64,000 bases of DNA, taken from the NCBI GenBank assembly GCA_045046875.1, contig JASFYY010000038.1, positions 1 to 64,000 on the forward strand, given 5' to 3'. This stretch comes from Verrucomicrobiota bacterium (GTDB taxonomy: Bacteria > Verrucomicrobiota > Verrucomicrobiia > Verrucomicrobiales > DEV007). The notes beneath the pieces were generated by a model. That model was not told where the DNA came from. It searched no databases and saw nothing but the letters and a program-made list of their open reading frames with translations. This document shows, in pieces, positions 61,348 to 64,000 of the stretch (its first letter is position 1; each line of letters begins with the position of its first letter). A program made the position numbers and the translations under genes.

Positions 61348-62253
61348 TTACTTAGCTTCTTCTTGATCTTCCTTAATGGCAGAATTTGGCGCCGACTTGA
61401 TCACCAGATCATCGTAATGCACATCATTCACATTAGTCGTCAGACTCACCAACGATTTGGTCATATGCGCCACCCCTTCAGATTGAAACGCTCCCACTTC
61501 CTTGCCATCAATTTTCACCACCAGCTTATCCGCCTTGGTGCGAATCAACAGTTCATGCCATTTCTCTCTTTTAAGATCCAAGTCGAAACGAACCGTCTTG
61601 GACTTGAGCATTTCCTGGGTTGCTTCATCCAAGCCCTCTGCAGATTTACGTTTTTCGTATATCTCGTTTTTGAAATTCCCTGTCTTCGCGTCGGATATCG
61701 CAAGAGAAGTCGGGCTGATGCTGATACTCGAAATGTGGCCGGCATGCGATTCCTTGTAATCCTTGTCATCAAACCAAACATTGAAGCGCTCCGCCTCTTC
61801 CCCCACAAAATTAAATTTCACCGCGACCTCCATATCCCGGCGGCCTTCAAACCTGACCGAATCACAACCGGCATGCACCTTGATATCGACCGTCTTGCCA
61901 ATCATCACGCCGTCTTTCACCACACTCTCGCTTTTATAATGCTTCCACAACTCACCAAATTCCTCTCCAGAAAAATCATCCTCAAATACCAATTCCTTGT
62001 AATACAACTGCTCTTCATCCCCTTTGCGCACCGCTTCCCACTCCGTCAAAAAATCCTGATCCGCTTGAGACAATTTATCCACCGGCACTTCAAACACCCG
62101 ACTGTTGGCACGAATCTTAAGTTTTCCATCCTTGAGATCAAGTAACTCAGCCTTAATCTTCTTGCCTTCCAGGTTTGTCAATTCCCTGAAATCCCGCGCT
62201 GTGGCAATTTGCAGCGCCATCACTGTGATCAATACAACTAAACTTGCTTTCAT
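61348..62253 (-). CDS. Exported SHD1-like plus ConA/DUF1080-like protein, paralog of 60611-61306
   Basis: RELTNLEGKKIKAEL...LSQADQDFL followed by YYKELVFEDDFSGE.FGE.WKHYKS, shared with the neighbour. Confidence 0.7.
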   Translation of the reverse strand: MKASLVVLITVMALQIATARDFRELTNLEGKKIKAELLDLKDGKLKIRANSRVFEVPVDKLSQADQDFLTEWEAVRKGDEEQLYYKELVFEDDFSGEEFGELWKHYKSESVVKDGVMIGKTVDIKVHAGCDSVRFEGRRDMEVAVKFNFVGEEAERFNVWFDDKDYKESHAGHISSISISPTSLAISDAKTGNFKNEIYEKRKSAEGLDEATQEMLKSKTVRFDLDLKREKWHELLIRTKADKLVVKIDGKEVGAFQSEGVAHMTKSLVSLTTNVNDVHYDDLVIKSAPNSAIKEDQEEAK

Positions 62254-62304
62254 AATAGATACAAATTGCACACCCTGGAGCTCGGTGCAAATGCCGTGAT
62301 GGGA

Positions 62305-62334
62305 TTGACAAACCCTGCCACCTTCGATTAAATT
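62305..62334 (+). promoter_or_regulatory. Sigma70 promoter TTGACA-N18-TAAATT, 6 nt before ATG 62341
   Basis: Motifs read directly from the sequence. Confidence 0.65.
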
Positions 62335-62340
62335 CCCCCC

Positions 62341-63744
62341 ATGCCTGACTCTCCCCAAAGCGGCGAATGGCGCCACGCCTTCACCCATATGAACCCACGC
62401 GTCCGCGATGGCCTTATCGTGCACAGTCGGCGCAGTGTCCTCAAAACCGGTATCGCGGGAATGGCAGGCCTATCATTGCCCGGTTTGCTAAAAGCGCGCG
62501 CCGCCGCGACCGCTTCGGGCAAATCCCTTGCCGGCAATAAAAGTGTCATCCTGCTGTGGATGACCGGAGGCCCTAGCCACATCGACACATGGGATCCCAA
62601 ACCCGATGCTCCACAAAAAATCCGTGGTCCCTTTGGCACCATCTCTACCAAGCTGCCCGGCGTACAAATTTGCGAACACCTGCCCAGACAAGCAGCAATG
62701 CTCGATAAAATGACCCTGATCCGCTCGGTCGTTTGCAAAGGCAGCAGCCATCAACCCAATCACGTGATGCAAACCGCAGACTATGATGCGGCTCCAAGAA
62801 GAAATCCCAAAGGTAAGCTCTGCCCAGCCATCGCCTCAATCGTCGCCAAGCACCATGGAGCCAACCATCCGCAAATGCCCCCTTATGTCGCGCTCAATGT
62901 GATCGACAAAACCCACATTGCCTGGGGTGGCCACCTCGGCAAACAATACGATCCATTCATCGGTGACGAAGCATCCAAAGTTCTACAACTGCCCGTCGGC
63001 CTGACCATGGATCGAGTGCAATCGCGCAAATCACTGCTTGGCCAGATGGATAAACTGCGCAGTGGGCTCGACCTCGGTGGATCGATGGAAGGGCTGGATC
63101 AATTCACCCAGCAAGCCTTCGAAATGGTCGCTGGCGGCAAAGCCCAAGCAGCTTTTGATTTGACCCGGGAATCGCAAAAAACACTCGACGCTTATGGCGA
63201 TCACGACTGGTGCAAACAAGCCCTGCTGGCGCGACGACTGGTCGAGGCCGGCTCCAGTTTTGTCACCATCGACCTTAGTAATCACCACTCCTCCGGCACC
63301 TGGGACAACCACGGCATCCCCGGCGGCGTCTACGGTGGCATCTCCAAGGGATTAAAACCACTGCTCCCCGTTTTTGACCGTCTGCTCACCACACTGATCA
63401 CCGACCTCGAAGAGCGTGGCATGCTCGACGACGTGCTGGTGCTCGCCATGGGTGAATTCGGACGCACCCCCACACTGGGAACCCAGGGCAGCACCGATGG
63501 GCGCAACCACTGGCCGGTGGTGATGTCGATGACCATGGCTGGCGGCGGATTCCGCCACGGACAAGTCATCGGATCTACCGAAAACGATGGTAGTGACGTC
63601 AAATCACGCCCCGTCACTCCCGGCGACCTCGCCGCAACCATCTACCACCACTTCGGCATCCCACAGAACACCTACTACGAAGACTTCACCGGGCGTCCAA
63701 TCTTCGCCGTGCAAAACGGCAAACCGATCGCGGAGTTGATTTAA
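62341..63744 (+). CDS. DUF1501 domain-containing protein
   Basis: SRRSVLK twin-arginine-like motif; GGPSHIDTWDPKP, LLARRLVEAG, GEFGRTP, GRNHW. Confidence 0.92.
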   Translation: MPDSPQSGEWRHAFTHMNPRVRDGLIVHSRRSVLKTGIAGMAGLSLPGLLKARAAATASGKSLAGNKSVILLWMTGGPSHIDTWDPKPDAPQKIRGPFGTISTKLPGVQICEHLPRQAAMLDKMTLIRSVVCKGSSHQPNHVMQTADYDAAPRRNPKGKLCPAIASIVAKHHGANHPQMPPYVALNVIDKTHIAWGGHLGKQYDPFIGDEASKVLQLPVGLTMDRVQSRKSLLGQMDKLRSGLDLGGSMEGLDQFTQQAFEMVAGGKAQAAFDLTRESQKTLDAYGDHDWCKQALLARRLVEAGSSFVTIDLSNHHSSGTWDNHGIPGGVYGGISKGLKPLLPVFDRLLTTLITDLEERGMLDDVLVLAMGEFGRTPTLGTQGSTDGRNHWPVVMSMTMAGGGFRHGQVIGSTENDGSDVKSRPVTPGDLAATIYHHFGIPQNTYYEDFTGRPIFAVQNGKPIAELI

Positions 63745-63848
63745 ATAAAACTCCTCTGAGCGTAGTCCATCAACCAAGCCGTTTACATTAGCAGCTTTCT
63801 ATGCGTATTTTTTGCGCCGGTTCGATTCCGCTCCATATTCCCATCGCA

Positions 63849-64000
63849 ATGAAAGACGTCCTCCTCAAAATCACCGAAAGCAGCAACTGGGTTGTGATCT
63901 TCACCTTGCTGATTCTGCTGGTATGGGAAGGCTACGCCCCCTACTTCTCCTTTTTCCGCCAGAAGATGAAAAAACGAGCGCTTCACGCGGCTCGCAATTT
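63849..64000 (+). CDS. 5' part of a probable sterol desaturase/fatty acid hydroxylase family membrane protein (truncated)
   Basis: MKDVLLKITESSNWVVIFTLLILLVWEGYAPYFSFFRQKMKKRALHAARN is open to the window end; LxWE...P...H...N pattern. Confidence 0.5.
   Translation, partial: MKDVLLKITESSNWVVIFTLLILLVWEGYAPYFSFFRQKMKKRALHAARN

Noticed and set aside
61363..62145. Long antisense ORFs (e.g. 61363-62145, 25338-25952, 56220-56804, 23949-24515)
   Set aside because: They are shadows of well-supported genes on the opposite strand and have no recognisable motifs.

Overview
A 64 kb bacterial chromosomal window, most likely from the PVC superphylum (Verrucomicrobiota-like). This is inferred from the DUF1501, SHD1-like, sulfatase and giant TPR genes and the stand-alone 89-aa RpsN. 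No rRNA, tRNA, CRISPR array, integrase or transposase was recognised. (1) 1-26.5 kb is a co-oriented + strand block of mostly exported proteins: the 3' end of a VWA/GATase-like membrane protein, an alpha/beta hydrolase, two paralogous giant TPR proteins (2956 and 3623 aa, the second with a duplicated ~690-aa C-terminal module), an HExxH peptidase and a sulfatase-zincin-VHL-zincin fusion. (2) 26.6-41.3 kb holds a small-ORF/nucleotidyltransferase pair and a metal/metalloid resistance cluster: acr3-arsR-arsC; a MerR regulator divergent from a CopZ-N(Fe-S)-MerT-HMA fusion; and czcCBA, whose CzcB carries Cys/His CxxCH repeats and which is preceded by a CxxC/RGP uORF. (3) 41.3-64 kb is mainly housekeeping (rpsN, aroE, pyrC, NtrBC-like pair, cutA, RmlC-like, MsbA-like, Aas-like, ispA, asd, DUF1501). 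It also contains an exported TRASH-truncated globin, a degenerate HNH gene and a frameshifted C39 peptidase beside a 95-bp tandem duplication. Non-coding signals include many apparently leaderless promoters, a dispersed ATCMGYG 9-10 nt-period repeat family and a perfect 36-bp palindrome. All calls come from reading the sequence by eye; no database searches were run.
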